Of a stretch of DNA of 64,000 bases, positions 8,831 to 18,421 are shown one piece after another. The notes under the pieces are model-generated. The model saw only the letters and a list, made by a program, of their open reading frames with translations. It did no database searches and had not been told where the DNA came from. Origin of the DNA: an uncultured Nitrospirales bacterium (GTDB taxonomy: Bacteria > Hydrogenedentota > Hydrogenedentia > Hydrogenedentales > GCA-2746185); assembly GCA_964467615.1 (NCBI GenBank), contig CAYXRK010000004.1, forward strand, positions 2,961 to 66,960. Reading direction: 5' to 3'. The position numbers and the translations under genes are program-made. The first letter of the stretch is position 1; every line of letters starts with the position of its first letter.

Positions 8831-10288
8831 TTATCGCAATTTGAGCGTAGCCAGGCTCATCAGCGCAAAAACCATCGCCAGAATCCAAAAACGGATGACG
8901 ACTTTCGTTTCGGACCAGCCGAGCAACTCGAAATGATGATGCAGGGGGGCCATGCGGAAGACACGTTTGCCACGGAGCTTGAACGAACCGACTTGGATGA
9001 TAACGCTGAGGGTCTCGAGCACGAATATGCCGCCGACAATGGGTAGTAGGAGTTCTTGTTTGGTCAGTACCGCGAGTGCACCGAGGACGCCGCCGAGCGC
9101 GAGGGAGCCGGTGTCGCCCATGAAGACTTCGGCGGGGTGCGCGTTGAACCAAAGGAAACCGAGGCCCGTGCCGAGTAGCGCTCCGCCGACAACCGTCAAT
9201 TCGCTGGCTTCGGGCACGTGGGTGACGAAGAGATAATCGGACCAGTCGGCGCGGCTGATCACGTAGGCGATGCCGGTGAACGCGAAGATCGAGACGACGG
9301 ACGCGCCCGCCGCAAGACCGTCGAGGCCGTCGGTAAGGTTGACGCCATTCGTCGCGCCGATGATGATAAGTATCACGAAGGGCACATATAGCCAGCCCAT
9401 TTGGATGAACGCGTCCTTTACGCCGGGAATCGCGACTTTGGTGTGGAGTTTGCGCGGGCTTTGCTCGATCATGTCCGGCGCGGCGGCTTCGAGGAGAAGT
9501 CGGTTCAGACGGACTTGCGCGCGCGAAATCAAGGGCGAGCCCGCAATAAGCGCGGTGGCCTCGCCATTGAACGATCCTTCGGGCCATGCCGACGCTTCGT
9601 AGACACTCGGATCGGAAAGGATCCGGTTGAGTTCGGTCACCACTGTAGCGCGTGTTTCGTTTCCGAGGTTTCCTGATCGAATACGCTCCGCTAGTTCCGC
9701 GGGAAGGCGTTCGCCGAAACGCGATAGCGCGGAGTTTGAACCGTCCACCAACGCGCGGCCGAGCGCGGGCCAAGAGAGTAGCTCTCGATCCGAAACGTAC
9801 GCGCCGCCATAGGTAACGGGGCTGTAAACGACGAGTAGACCAAGCAGTGTGCCGGTGAGGAGTTGCCCGATGAGCTTCGCGCGGGCGCTCAGGCCGTCGT
9901 TTCGTTTGCGGCGCAGCTTGATGTAGTCGTCAACGAAACCCACTGCGCCCATGAGGCACAGCACGGCGACGGCGGCGAGCATGAGCCGGTTGGTCCAGGT
10001 GCTCCAGAGCGCAAGGGAGAGGAGCGTGGCGACGATGATGATTAGCCCGCCCATGGTCGGCGTGCCGGCCTTGCCCTTGTGAAGTTCGTGGAGGTCGTGT
10101 ACGTGGTCCTTCTTGATGTGCTGGCCAATCTTGAGACGGCGCAACCATGCGATGATGCGCGGGCCGACGATCAAGCAAAAGAGAAAGCCGGTCGCCGCCG
10201 CGCCGCCGGCGCGAACGGTGTGGTAATTGAAAACGTTGAACGCGCTGAAGTAGGGGGTGAGGTATTGCGCGAGGTAGTAGAGCATCAC
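8831..10288 (-). CDS. mraY: phospho-N-acetylmuramoyl-pentapeptide transferase MraY (with ~135-aa insertion)
   Basis: 485 aa; conserved MraY segments (NLTDGLDGLAAG, HHHFELLGW); unusually long because of an insert at about aa 157-295 (nt 9404-9820); GTG/ATG starts at 10288/10285. Confidence 0.9.
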   Translation of the reverse strand: MMLYYLAQYLTPYFSAFNVFNYHTVRAGGAAATGFLFCLIVGPRIIAWLRRLKIGQHIKKDHVHDLHELHKGKAGTPTMGGLIIIVATLLSLALWSTWTNRLMLAAVAVLCLMGAVGFVDDYIKLRRKRNDGLSARAKLIGQLLTGTLLGLLVVYSPVTYGGAYVSDRELLSWPALGRALVDGSNSALSRFGERLPAELAERIRSGNLGNETRATVVTELNRILSDPSVYEASAWPEGSFNGEATALIAGSPLISRAQVRLNRLLLEAAAPDMIEQSPRKLHTKVAIPGVKDAFIQMGWLYVPFVILIIIGATNGVNLTDGLDGLAAGASVVSIFAFTGIAYVISRADWSDYLFVTHVPEASELTVVGGALLGTGLGFLWFNAHPAEVFMGDTGSLALGGVLGALAVLTKQELLLPIVGGIFVLETLSVIIQVGSFKLRGKRVFRMAPLHHHFELLGWSETKVVIRFWILAMVFALMSLATLKLR

Positions 10289-10289
10289 G

Positions 10290-11657
10290 CTATCGAGCGG
10301 CCTCCTGGGGCGCGTGCTCGAGCAGCGATTTCAACGACTCGACGACTTTCTCCATGCGCATTCCTCGCGATCCCTTGACCAGAACGACGTCGCCGGGCGA
10401 CGCGTGCGCAGCGACGGCTTCGACCATGGCAGCGTGATCTTCGATGTGCTCGGCTACCGGAACCCCGGCGGCGCACGCCGCTTCGACCGTCGCGGCGGCG
10501 TGATCGCCGCGCGCGAACAGGTAATCGACGAAGCGCAGACCCGCATATTCACCAATCTCGCGGTGCAAGCGTTCGGCATGGGGACCGAGTTCCAGCATTT
10601 CGCCGAGCACGGCGATGCGTTTGCCGGAGCGATTGCGTTCCGAGAGGGCGTCGAGCGCGAGCCGGACCGAACCCGGATTGGCGTTGTAGGAGTCATCGAT
10701 GATCTCGACGCCGCCCACGTTGAAGACGAGGAAGCGCGCTGAATCCTCGCAGGCGCGCTCAAGGGGCGCTTGGAATTCGGATATCCCGTGGCGAAGTCCA
10801 ATCGCGACAGCCAAGAGCACGTTCGCGGCGTGTCCTTTCGCGTAGAGAGACAGCGTGAGTTCGCCGATCGGATCAATGGTCAGGCGCATGCGGCCGTTGC
10901 TCGTAAATTCGCAATCGCGCAGAACGATGTCGCCCTCGGAGCCGTATCTGACCGTATTGCCAACGAACTGAGCGCCAATCGCGCGGCATCGAGAATCGTC
11001 CACGTTGACGTAGAAGACGCCGTGTTCAGGAAGCGATGTCATGATTTCGGCTTTGGCGCCGGCGACGTCTTCTATTGTCCCGAAGCCTTCGAGGTGGGCC
11101 TCGCTGATCATCGTGATGGCGGATTCGGTCGGGCGGGCGATGGCGCAGAGCCGCTCGATCTCGCCGCGGTGGTTTGCGCCCATTTCCATGACGACGCACT
11201 CGGTGGTGGCGTCCATCTCGAGCAGTGTGAGCGGGCCGCCGATTTCATTGTTCAAGTTGCCGCGCGTTTTGATGACTTTGTACCGCTCGGACAGAACGGC
11301 GGCGGTCAGGTCCTTGCTGGTGGTTTTTCCGCAGGAGCCGGTAATCGCGATTACGGGTACTGCATATCGCGCGCGGTGGTGCGCCGCGAATTGCTGAAGC
11401 GCGGCCAAGGAATCCGGCACCTGAATCACCACGCCACCGATGCATTGACGCTGCGCGACGGCGGCCACGGCGCCTTTCTCAAAGGCTTGATCGAGAAAAT
11501 CGTTCGCGTCAAAGTTCGCGCCATTGAGCGCGAAGAAGACGTCGCCCTCGAGCAACGTGCGGGTATCGGTCGAAACGCCGGTGATGCGCGACATGTCGCC
11601 TGGACGTTGGGCCTCAAAGACCGCGGCGAGCCTATCGATGGAGTAGTCCCAGTTCAT
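10290..11657 (-). CDS. murF: UDP-MurNAc-tripeptide--D-Ala-D-Ala ligase MurF
   Basis: 455 aa; Mur ligase P-loop ITGSCGKTTSKD; dcw position; stop/start overlap with murE. Confidence 0.9.
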   Translation of the reverse strand: MNWDYSIDRLAAVFEAQRPGDMSRITGVSTDTRTLLEGDVFFALNGANFDANDFLDQAFEKGAVAAVAQRQCIGGVVIQVPDSLAALQQFAAHHRARYAVPVIAITGSCGKTTSKDLTAAVLSERYKVIKTRGNLNNEIGGPLTLLEMDATTECVVMEMGANHRGEIERLCAIARPTESAITMISEAHLEGFGTIEDVAGAKAEIMTSLPEHGVFYVNVDDSRCRAIGAQFVGNTVRYGSEGDIVLRDCEFTSNGRMRLTIDPIGELTLSLYAKGHAANVLLAVAIGLRHGISEFQAPLERACEDSARFLVFNVGGVEIIDDSYNANPGSVRLALDALSERNRSGKRIAVLGEMLELGPHAERLHREIGEYAGLRFVDYLFARGDHAAATVEAACAAGVPVAEHIEDHAAMVEAVAAHASPGDVVLVKGSRGMRMEKVVESLKSLLEHAPQEAAR

Positions 11658-13123
11658 GATTGCCGCCGCGACTCCAGGGCCGCCCGCGCGACCTCGCGGT
11701 CGTCGAAATGAATTCTGTTTGCCCCCAGGATTTGGTAGCCCTCGTGACCCTTGCCTGCGATCATCACTAGATCGCCGGTCGAAGCCATTCCGATTGCGCG
11801 TCTTATCGCGCGCTCTCGGTCAAGAATGACTTCATGATGTGTGCCGCTCACTTGCTTGCCGCGAACCCCTGTCTCGATTTCCGAGACGATTTGCGAGGGG
11901 TCTTCCGAGCGCGGATTGTCCGACGTAATGATCACGTAGTCCCCCAGTTCCGCCGCGACAGCGCCCATCTTCGGGCGTTTCCCCCTGTCGCGGTCGCCCC
12001 CGCAACCGAACACCACAATCAATCGCACGGGCCCGAGTTCGCGCGCCGTCGCGAGTACGTTCCGAAGTCCGTCGTCGGTGTGTGCGTAATCAACGACGAC
12101 CGAGAAATCCTGCCCCGCCTCGACGCGTTCAAATCTCCCCGGCACGCTGGTGAACCCTTCGATACCGGCGACGATCTGGTCGAACCCCAGCCCCAATCCC
12201 CCGGCCACGGCAGACGCCGCGAGCACGTTCGCTACATTATGCCGCCCGGCGAGGGCGGATCGCACCCGCGCGGTACCCGCAGGCGTGATCAGCGTGAACC
12301 TCGAGCCATCCGACGCGATGGATACGTTCTCGGCGCGATAGTCGCCGCCTGGACCGTACGTCACGCAGCGCGCGGTTAGCGCCGACCGAAACGTGTCCGC
12401 GTAGGGGTCGTCCAGATTGACGACCCCGAAAGCGTTGTCGCCGCCGAGCCTCGAGAACAATTTCATTTTCGCGGTGACGTATGCGTCCATCGTCAGGTGA
12501 TAGTCGAGGTGGTCCTGCGTGACATTCGTGATCACTGCCACGTTGAACGCGATGCCGGCGATGCGCTCCTGTTCGAGCGCGTGCGAGCTGACCTCCATGA
12601 CAACGTGCGTCGCGCACGCATCACGCGCTTTAGCGAAAAGTCCTACAAGTTCCTCGCCGAACGGCGTCGTGTGGGACGCATCGAGTGATTGATCGCCGAC
12701 GAAGTATCCAAGCGTTCCGAAGTTTGCGGCGGAGGACCCCGCGGAACGAAGCATGTGCTGGATGAGAAATGCCGTGCTGGTTTTTCCATTTGTGCCGGTG
12801 ACGCCGATTACGGTCATCGCGTCGCTCGGGCGGCCAGCGAGTTCGTGCGCGAGGACACCGAGAGCGCGGCGCGCGTGATTGACACAAAGGTAGGGCATGC
12901 CCGCGAGCGAGGTGATGTCGCCACGCTCTCCGGCAATGGCCGCCACGCCGGACTCACGAACGCTCTCGGCAAAATCATGGCCGTCGTTCTGACCGCCGCA
13001 AATGGCGACGAAGAGTGCGCCGGGGCCCGCGTTACGCGAATCTTCCGTCACGCGCGAGATATCGATGTCGCCTTCCGCCGGACACCGCGCCTCAACCAGA
13101 GCGGCGGCTTCACGAAGTTTCAT
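11654..13123 (-). CDS. murE: UDP-MurNAc-L-Ala-D-Glu--2,6-diaminopimelate ligase MurE
   Basis: ORF 11654..13171; likely ATG at 13123 (MKLREAAALV); P-loop GVTGTNGKTST; overlaps ftsI 3' end by 14 nt. Confidence 0.9.
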   Translation of the reverse strand: MKLREAAALVEARCPAEGDIDISRVTEDSRNAGPGALFVAICGGQNDGHDFAESVRESGVAAIAGERGDITSLAGMPYLCVNHARRALGVLAHELAGRPSDAMTVIGVTGTNGKTSTAFLIQHMLRSAGSSAANFGTLGYFVGDQSLDASHTTPFGEELVGLFAKARDACATHVVMEVSSHALEQERIAGIAFNVAVITNVTQDHLDYHLTMDAYVTAKMKLFSRLGGDNAFGVVNLDDPYADTFRSALTARCVTYGPGGDYRAENVSIASDGSRFTLITPAGTARVRSALAGRHNVANVLAASAVAGGLGLGFDQIVAGIEGFTSVPGRFERVEAGQDFSVVVDYAHTDDGLRNVLATARELGPVRLIVVFGCGGDRDRGKRPKMGAVAAELGDYVIITSDNPRSEDPSQIVSEIETGVRGKQVSGTHHEVILDRERAIRRAIGMASTGDLVMIAGKGHEGYQILGANRIHFDDREVARAALESRRQS

Positions 13124-15260
13124 CGGGGGCCTCGGCCGCATCCGTGGCGAAGATGAGGCGACACACCGCAACGTCGTCGAGCGGCGCGCCGGCGGGTGGA
13201 AACTGGCTGACGACGCGGCCGACGCCTTGCGGATCCCACTGCAAACCGAGCCCGACGATTTCGGCCTTGGCTTGACGCTTGGTCATTCCGGAAAAATCAG
13301 GCAAGCGCGGCCCCCAAAGGTCTTCAAGGTCCCCGCCGTGGGTCAGTTGCAACGCGGCGTAGTTCGTGACCGCTTTCGCCTCGACCGGATCGACCGCGTC
13401 AAACGACGGACGCACGGCGACCGTATCCGCGTCGATCATTTGCTTTAATCCGCTCGCCGAGGCGACCATCAGTTTGCCCGCTTCCGTCGGGCGCATCGGA
13501 TCGGGTGGAACATGCAATTGAACAAGTGCGTCGCGCATGACGGCCTTGAAAACGGGGCCGCTCGCCTGGCCGCCATGATGTGTACCCATCTTCGGTTCCT
13601 GAACGACAATAACGCAGGTGAGGCGCGGGTCAATAATTGGGCCGAAGCCGGCAAACACAGCGGTATACCTGTCAGTGTAGTATCCGCGGCCGTCTGGCCG
13701 GGCGATTTGGGCGGTGCCGGTCTTTCCGCCGACGCGATACTCGGGAATGGCGGCGCGCCATCCCGTGCCATATTCCCAGGTGACGACGTGATGGCAGAGG
13801 GCGCGCATGATTTCGGCGGTTTCTTCGGAAATGACGCGTTCGCGCAGTCCACGGTGCAGGTAGGTGATTTCGCCTTCGGACCCGACCGCCTTTTCGACCA
13901 AATACGGTTCAACACGGTAACCACCGTTCGCGATAATGTTGTAACCCTGGGCGAGTTGCAGCATCGTGACGGCGATTTCCTGGCCGATCGGGAGCGAACC
14001 CATCGACAGGCGAGACCAGTCGCGGCGAGAACGAAAAATGCCGGAGCTTTCGCCGGGAAGATCCAAGCCGGTCTTCGTGCCGAATCCGAAGCGCCGAATC
14101 CAGGTTTCCAAGCGCTCCTGACCGAGCAACGCGCCGACTTTGATCGTCGCAATATTGCTGGACTCCGCAAACGCCTGGGAAAAGGGAATGGCGCCGCGGG
14201 GGTGCGTGTCCTTAATCCGATGACCGTACGGATTGAACGAGCCTCCTTCGCAATCGATCAGGTCACTGGGGGTGACGAGCCCGAGTTCAATGGCCGCCGA
14301 GGCGGCCACAATCTTGAACGCGGAACCTGGCTCGAACACGTCGACAAACGTACGGTTCTTGCGTAGGCCGCCCTCAAAATCGAAGTATAGGTTTGGGTCG
14401 AAAGCTGGGCGCGCAGCGAGCGCCAATACAGCGCCGGATTTCGGGTCCATCAGGAGCCCCATCGCGCCGCGGGCGTTGGTTGTTTCGATAGCACGGTCGA
14501 GTTCCACTTCGAGCGTATGTTGGAGCGAGGCATCAATGGTAAGGGTAACGTTCTCTCCACCGGCCGCGGGTTCGTACTCGAGAGTCAAGTAGTCGAGCAT
14601 GCGGCGCTTGTTATCGACGCGGTATACCTTGCGTCCCGCTTCGCTGCGAAGGCGTTCATCGTAGGCAAGCTCGATGCCTTCCGCGCCTTGGCCCTCGATA
14701 TTTGCGAAACCCAAAACGTGGGCCGCCAAGGGGCCTTCGGGATAAAAGCGGAGGGATTCTTCCTGCAAGATGAGCGCGTCGCGGTCGGGGGCGTCGTCGA
14801 TGTCTTCCATCTTCCGCGCCTCGGAATCGCCCAGGCGGCGCTTTATCCAGACGAACTTGCGGGTCTGGTTTTCGCCGCCTTGGCGCGTGACGCGCTCGTA
14901 GATGTCGCGGTCGGAGTCGATGCGCGATGTGATCCAGTTGACGAGAGTCAATGGATCGGTGACCCGACTCGGATTTACGGCGAGGGAGTATACGGTACGG
15001 TCCGTGGCAAGGACGCGTCCCTCCCGGTCGAGGATTTCGCCGCGGGGGCGGTGCAATGTGGTGAACCCAATGTGGGTCAGGTCTTCTTGACTGAATCGCG
15101 CGTCGGGATCGACTTGGAGTTGGACCAGGCGTCCCGCGACTGTGCCGTAGGCCGCCAAGAAACAAATGCCGACGAGACACACGCGAATGCGATGAACGCG
15201 CTCCGCGGGATCGAGGGCCACGTCCCTCGCTGGCGCGACAGCCCTCTTACGACCCGCCAT
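13110..15260 (-). CDS. ftsI: penicillin-binding protein FtsI family (transpeptidase) with C-terminal PASTA domain
   Basis: 716 aa; N-terminal membrane anchor, PBP dimerisation and transpeptidase regions; C-terminal ~70 aa (...SGMTKRQAKAEIVGLGLQWDPQGVGRVVSQFPPAGAPL...) looks like a PASTA domain; dcw position. Confidence 0.85.
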   Translation of the reverse strand: MAGRKRAVAPARDVALDPAERVHRIRVCLVGICFLAAYGTVAGRLVQLQVDPDARFSQEDLTHIGFTTLHRPRGEILDREGRVLATDRTVYSLAVNPSRVTDPLTLVNWITSRIDSDRDIYERVTRQGGENQTRKFVWIKRRLGDSEARKMEDIDDAPDRDALILQEESLRFYPEGPLAAHVLGFANIEGQGAEGIELAYDERLRSEAGRKVYRVDNKRRMLDYLTLEYEPAAGGENVTLTIDASLQHTLEVELDRAIETTNARGAMGLLMDPKSGAVLALAARPAFDPNLYFDFEGGLRKNRTFVDVFEPGSAFKIVAASAAIELGLVTPSDLIDCEGGSFNPYGHRIKDTHPRGAIPFSQAFAESSNIATIKVGALLGQERLETWIRRFGFGTKTGLDLPGESSGIFRSRRDWSRLSMGSLPIGQEIAVTMLQLAQGYNIIANGGYRVEPYLVEKAVGSEGEITYLHRGLRERVISEETAEIMRALCHHVVTWEYGTGWRAAIPEYRVGGKTGTAQIARPDGRGYYTDRYTAVFAGFGPIIDPRLTCVIVVQEPKMGTHHGGQASGPVFKAVMRDALVQLHVPPDPMRPTEAGKLMVASASGLKQMIDADTVAVRPSFDAVDPVEAKAVTNYAALQLTHGGDLEDLWGPRLPDFSGMTKRQAKAEIVGLGLQWDPQGVGRVVSQFPPAGAPLDDVAVCRLIFATDAAEAPDETS

Positions 15261-15709
15261 TAGCGCCTATCCATGCGTACCGCATCCACCAATGCCGCGA
15301 GGCGCTCGACGGTCGTCTCGCGTTGAGCAGGTGGCTGGGCCGCGGGCACGATCTCGTCGTCAGGATCCGCCTCGGGCGCAATGATGTCGAACAGGGGCGC
15401 GGGCTGTTTTGGCTTTACCACGACCACATGACCAGGCCGCGGTTCGACCAGTTCGAGTTCGGGGGCCTGCGAGGCGATATGATCGAGACGGGTGAGGCCG
15501 TGCTGGTCGTCTTGGAGCACGTCTATCTTTCCTTCGATTTCTCCGAGTTTCGTCCGGAGGGCGTTCGCTTCGTACTGGTTGGCGAGGATGCGCGCATGGA
15601 GCCGGGCCTCGAACATCACGAGCGAGAAGGGGACGACCAGGAACGGAAGCCATTTCCACCAGCCGCGCAGCGTGGCGCGTTGGTCGCGCCGGGAAGTATT
15701 TCGCATCAT
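15260..15709 (-). CDS. ftsL: cell division protein FtsL-like
   Basis: 149 aa, single TM (WKWLPFLVVPFSLVMF) followed by coiled-coil-like segment; located between rsmH and ftsI as in canonical dcw clusters. Confidence 0.6.
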   Translation of the reverse strand: MMRNTSRRDQRATLRGWWKWLPFLVVPFSLVMFEARLHARILANQYEANALRTKLGEIEGKIDVLQDDQHGLTRLDHIASQAPELELVEPRPGHVVVVKPKQPAPLFDIIAPEADPDDEIVPAAQPPAQRETTVERLAALVDAVRMDRR

Positions 15710-16641
15710 GCCGCCTTTGCACCGTCAAGTTTTTCGGCGGCGCGTAGCCGTGCACTGTGCGCGCGGGGGTTTGCGCGGACTTCGTCCGTGGACGGAACGA
15801 CCGGTTTGCGGGTCAATACACGCAACATGGGCCGCGTCTTTCCAACGGTGCGGCCGTCCGGAGCACGTTCGTCGCGGCTTGTGCCGAGTTCGCGGAGGAC
15901 GCGTTTGGCGATGGCGTCTTCGCCGGAATGGAACGAGATCACCACGAGCCGGCCACCAGGCCGCAGCGCTTCGGCCGCGGCGCGCAAGCCAACTTCCAAT
16001 TCGCCCAATTCGTTGTTGACCGCGATCCGAATTGCCTGAAACACGGTGCGGGTCTCCTCGGGCACGCGGTCGACGTGGGGAAAGGCCTTGCGGATGGCGG
16101 CGATCAAATCGGCGGTCGTTTCGAGGGGCTTCGCGGCACGGGCGGCGCAGATGGCGCGGGCGATGGATCGGGCGCGGCGCACGTCGCCGTAGTCGCGGAG
16201 GACGCGTTCGATGTCCTCTTCTCGCGTCGTGGCAAGAAACGACGCGGCGGTCGTCGATTGCGTCGTATCCATTCGCATGTCCAAAGGGCCTTCGCTTTGA
16301 AAGCTAAATCCCCGCGCGGGGTCATCGAGTTGCATACTCGATACGCCGGCGTCTATCAGCACTCCGTCCACACCTTCAATTCGTTCGCGCGCGAGGACCG
16401 CAGCAAGCTCGGCGTAGCGCGCGTTGACCAGTTTGGCGGAGGGGAACGCCCCTAGGCGTTCGCTCGCCAACCGTACGGCAACAGGGTCTCGATCCAGCGC
16501 GAGCAACCTGCCGCCCCGCAACTGCTGGGCGATCAGAAGACTGTGTCCGCCTCCGCCCGCCGTGCAATCCACGTAGATGCCGTCCTCTCGCACGCAGAGC
16601 CATTCGAGCGCCGGCCCAGCGAGGACGGGGATGTGCACCAA
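15706..16641 (-). CDS. rsmH: 16S rRNA (cytosine1402-N4)-methyltransferase RsmH
   Basis: 311 aa; N-terminal HIPVL...YVDCTAGGGGHS SAM-binding motif of RsmH/MraW; dcw position. Confidence 0.9.
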   Translation of the reverse strand: MVHIPVLAGPALEWLCVREDGIYVDCTAGGGGHSLLIAQQLRGGRLLALDRDPVAVRLASERLGAFPSAKLVNARYAELAAVLARERIEGVDGVLIDAGVSSMQLDDPARGFSFQSEGPLDMRMDTTQSTTAASFLATTREEDIERVLRDYGDVRRARSIARAICAARAAKPLETTADLIAAIRKAFPHVDRVPEETRTVFQAIRIAVNNELGELEVGLRAAAEALRPGGRLVVISFHSGEDAIAKRVLRELGTSRDERAPDGRTVGKTRPMLRVLTRKPVVPSTDEVRANPRAHSARLRAAEKLDGAKAA

Positions 16642-16989
16642 CTAGGCCGCCCGGCGGTACCGCTGGATGGCTTGGGATTCGCTCTCGAAGGTCTCGAACA
16701 GCGTCGTCACCCCGACCATGCGGAAGAGCCGCTGGGTGTAAAGGTTTAGGCCGACGAGTTTCATGTCGCCTTCGTTCGCGCGGAACTGCCGGAGCCGCTC
16801 GACCAGGATCCCGACGCCCATGTAACTGATGAACTTGACTCCGGTCATGTTCACCACGACGTTGTGCTGCTTGTCGCGCAGGCACTTGACCAGAGCGACC
16901 CGAAGGGCGTTCGCGCCGTCCTCGTCGATGTCGCCCTCGAGACGCAGCGTGGCCACGTCCCCTACCGCGTTCGCCGTAACGTTTAGCAT
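16642..16989 (-). CDS. STAS-domain anti-sigma-factor antagonist (SpoIIAA-like)
   Basis: 115 aa; STAS-like pattern (LRLEGDIDEDGANALRVAL...VVVNMTGVKFISYMGVGILV); sits unusually between mraZ and rsmH. Confidence 0.7.
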   Translation of the reverse strand: MLNVTANAVGDVATLRLEGDIDEDGANALRVALVKCLRDKQHNVVVNMTGVKFISYMGVGILVERLRQFRANEGDMKLVGLNLYTQRLFRMVGVTTLFETFESESQAIQRYRRAA

Positions 16990-17022
16990 TTCCCTGCCTC
17001 CTTTATGATACCGTCCACCGCT

Positions 17023-17490
17023 TTAGCCGCGCGACGCGGCCGCCTCCACTGGCTGCGGCGTGAACAACGCCGCCGCCGTTTGCTTGAACGCGTTTTCTTG
17101 ACGCTCCCGGAAGGCGAGCCAATTCTCGCGGCTCCACAATTCCAGGTGATCGTCTACGCCGGTAAACACAACGTCTTTGTCGATGCCGGCATGCTCGCGA
17201 AGGTGTTGCGGGACCGGGACCCGGTTTTGTTTGTCGAGTTGGACTTCCTCGACGCTGCCGAAAAACATTCGGCGGAAATCGATGGCGTGGGCGTCCATGC
17301 TAGAATAGCGCGCAGCTTGCCCGCGGATGATGTCCCACTGCTGGCGGGGGAACAGGAAAATGGATTTGTCGAAGCCGCGAGTCATGAACCATTGGGAGTG
17401 ACCCAGGCCATCCATAACGTCTCGATATTTGCGGGGCACGGTAACGCGGTTCTTCTCGTCCAGAACCGTTATGGCCTCCCCGGAATACAC
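17023..17490 (-). CDS. mraZ: transcriptional regulator MraZ
   Basis: ORF 17023..17562; two tandem SpoVT/AbrB-like repeats (...LDEKNRVTVPRKYRD... and ...LDKQNRVPVPQHLRE...). Likely GTG start at 17490 preceded by AAGAGGG RBS, giving ~155 aa. Confidence 0.8.
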   Translation of the reverse strand: MYSGEAITVLDEKNRVTVPRKYRDVMDGLGHSQWFMTRGFDKSIFLFPRQQWDIIRGQAARYSSMDAHAIDFRRMFFGSVEEVQLDKQNRVPVPQHLREHAGIDKDVVFTGVDDHLELWSRENWLAFRERQENAFKQTAAALFTPQPVEAAASRG

Positions 17491-17791
17491 GAGATGACCC
17501 TCTTTTTGCCACCTGACCCCACCAAACTGCCCTACTCTACCACTTTGACCCACCTTTGTCAACGAAAAAATGTCCGTTAGTTGTTGATAGGCAAGGACTT
17601 ATGACGGAATGTTTATTCAGTATAATGAATCTCTCGACGGACTTTTTCGGGTATTTTTCGAAAAGAGATGTCCAGTTTCAGCCCAAACAATCCGCTGGCG
17701 ATGGGTACGAGCAGGATGTGGACAGGTGACCGCGACGGATTTACGGGGCGAGAGCGCTCAGGCTCGCGGATGAAGCGCCAAGATTAGACCA

Positions 17792-18019
17792 ATGGAACGC
17801 GGCCCGGATCAATTTGGTCCTACCAAGCGCGATGGAGCGCTGATCGTCGCGGCCAGCCTGGGGTCCGCGATCGCAGGACCCATCGTGCTGGGTGTCGCGG
17901 CCGGTTTGTGGCTGGACAAGCGCTTCGAAGGGGGCGGGTTCTTCTTGATGGGGACAGTCGCGCTGGGGATCGCAGGAGCGGTTGTTGCGGGGTATCGGCT
18001 GGTCAAGCCCTACTTGTAG
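17792..18019 (+). CDS. AtpZ/AtpI-like small membrane protein (two TM helices)
   Basis: 75 aa; GxxxG-rich helices with central ...LGVAAGLWLDKRF... resembling the small AtpZ/AtpI-family membrane proteins; convergent with coxIV. Confidence 0.45.
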   Translation: MERGPDQFGPTKRDGALIVAASLGSAIAGPIVLGVAAGLWLDKRFEGGGFFLMGTVALGIAGAVVAGYRLVKPYL

Positions 18020-18037
18020 AAGGCGGTGCTAAACGAC

Positions 18038-18063
18038 GAAAGCGGCCGCGCAGGGCCGCTTTC
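18038..18063. terminator. bidirectional hairpin between convergent genes
   Basis: perfect 10-bp stem gaaagcggcc / ggccgctttc with 6-nt loop, between + gene ending 18019 and - gene ending 18087. Confidence 0.5.
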
Positions 18064-18086
18064 GAGACGAATATGTTAAATGCCTA

Positions 18087-18410
18087 TTACCTCGGGAGTG
18101 GCGGAGTATAGGGTGTTCCGAGGTCCGCGCCGACAAAGTCGGTGAGCGTGAATAGGAACATGATGCACAGCCAGATGAATCCCGCGAACGCGAAGACTTT
18201 GGTCAGCTGCGTGCCATTGCGCACATTCATGAAGATGAGCACGATAAGCGTGGCCTTGGTGATGGCGATTCCGAGCGCGATGGGAAGGTTAAACGCGCCG
18301 AACTGTTGCTTGGCGGCCCAGACGGTCAGCAGCATCAGGACGGTGAGGGCGATGATGTTGTAGACGTAGTGCCGGGGCGGGACGATATGGTGGGTGTCAT
18401 GGCCGGACAT
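18087..18410 (-). CDS. cytochrome c oxidase subunit IV (caa3-type small subunit)
   Basis: ORF 18087..18698; real start likely ATG at 18410 (MSGHDTHH...) preceded by AAGGAAG RBS. ~107 aa with three hydrophobic helices; directly follows coxIII. Confidence 0.7.
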   Translation of the reverse strand: MSGHDTHHIVPPRHYVYNIIALTVLMLLTVWAAKQQFGAFNLPIALGIAITKATLIVLIFMNVRNGTQLTKVFAFAGFIWLCIMFLFTLTDFVGADLGTPYTPPLPR

Positions 18411-18421
18411 AAGAATCTTCC

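Noticed and set aside
8616-9773. 385-aa ORF in alternate frame of mraY/murD
   Set aside because: Arg/Pro-rich nonsense composition; mraY frame carries conserved motifs
17597-17626. ttgata ... tataat on + strand upstream of the AtpZ-like gene as a sigma70 promoter
   Set aside because: Spacing between hexamers is ~31 nt, far from the canonical 17+/-1
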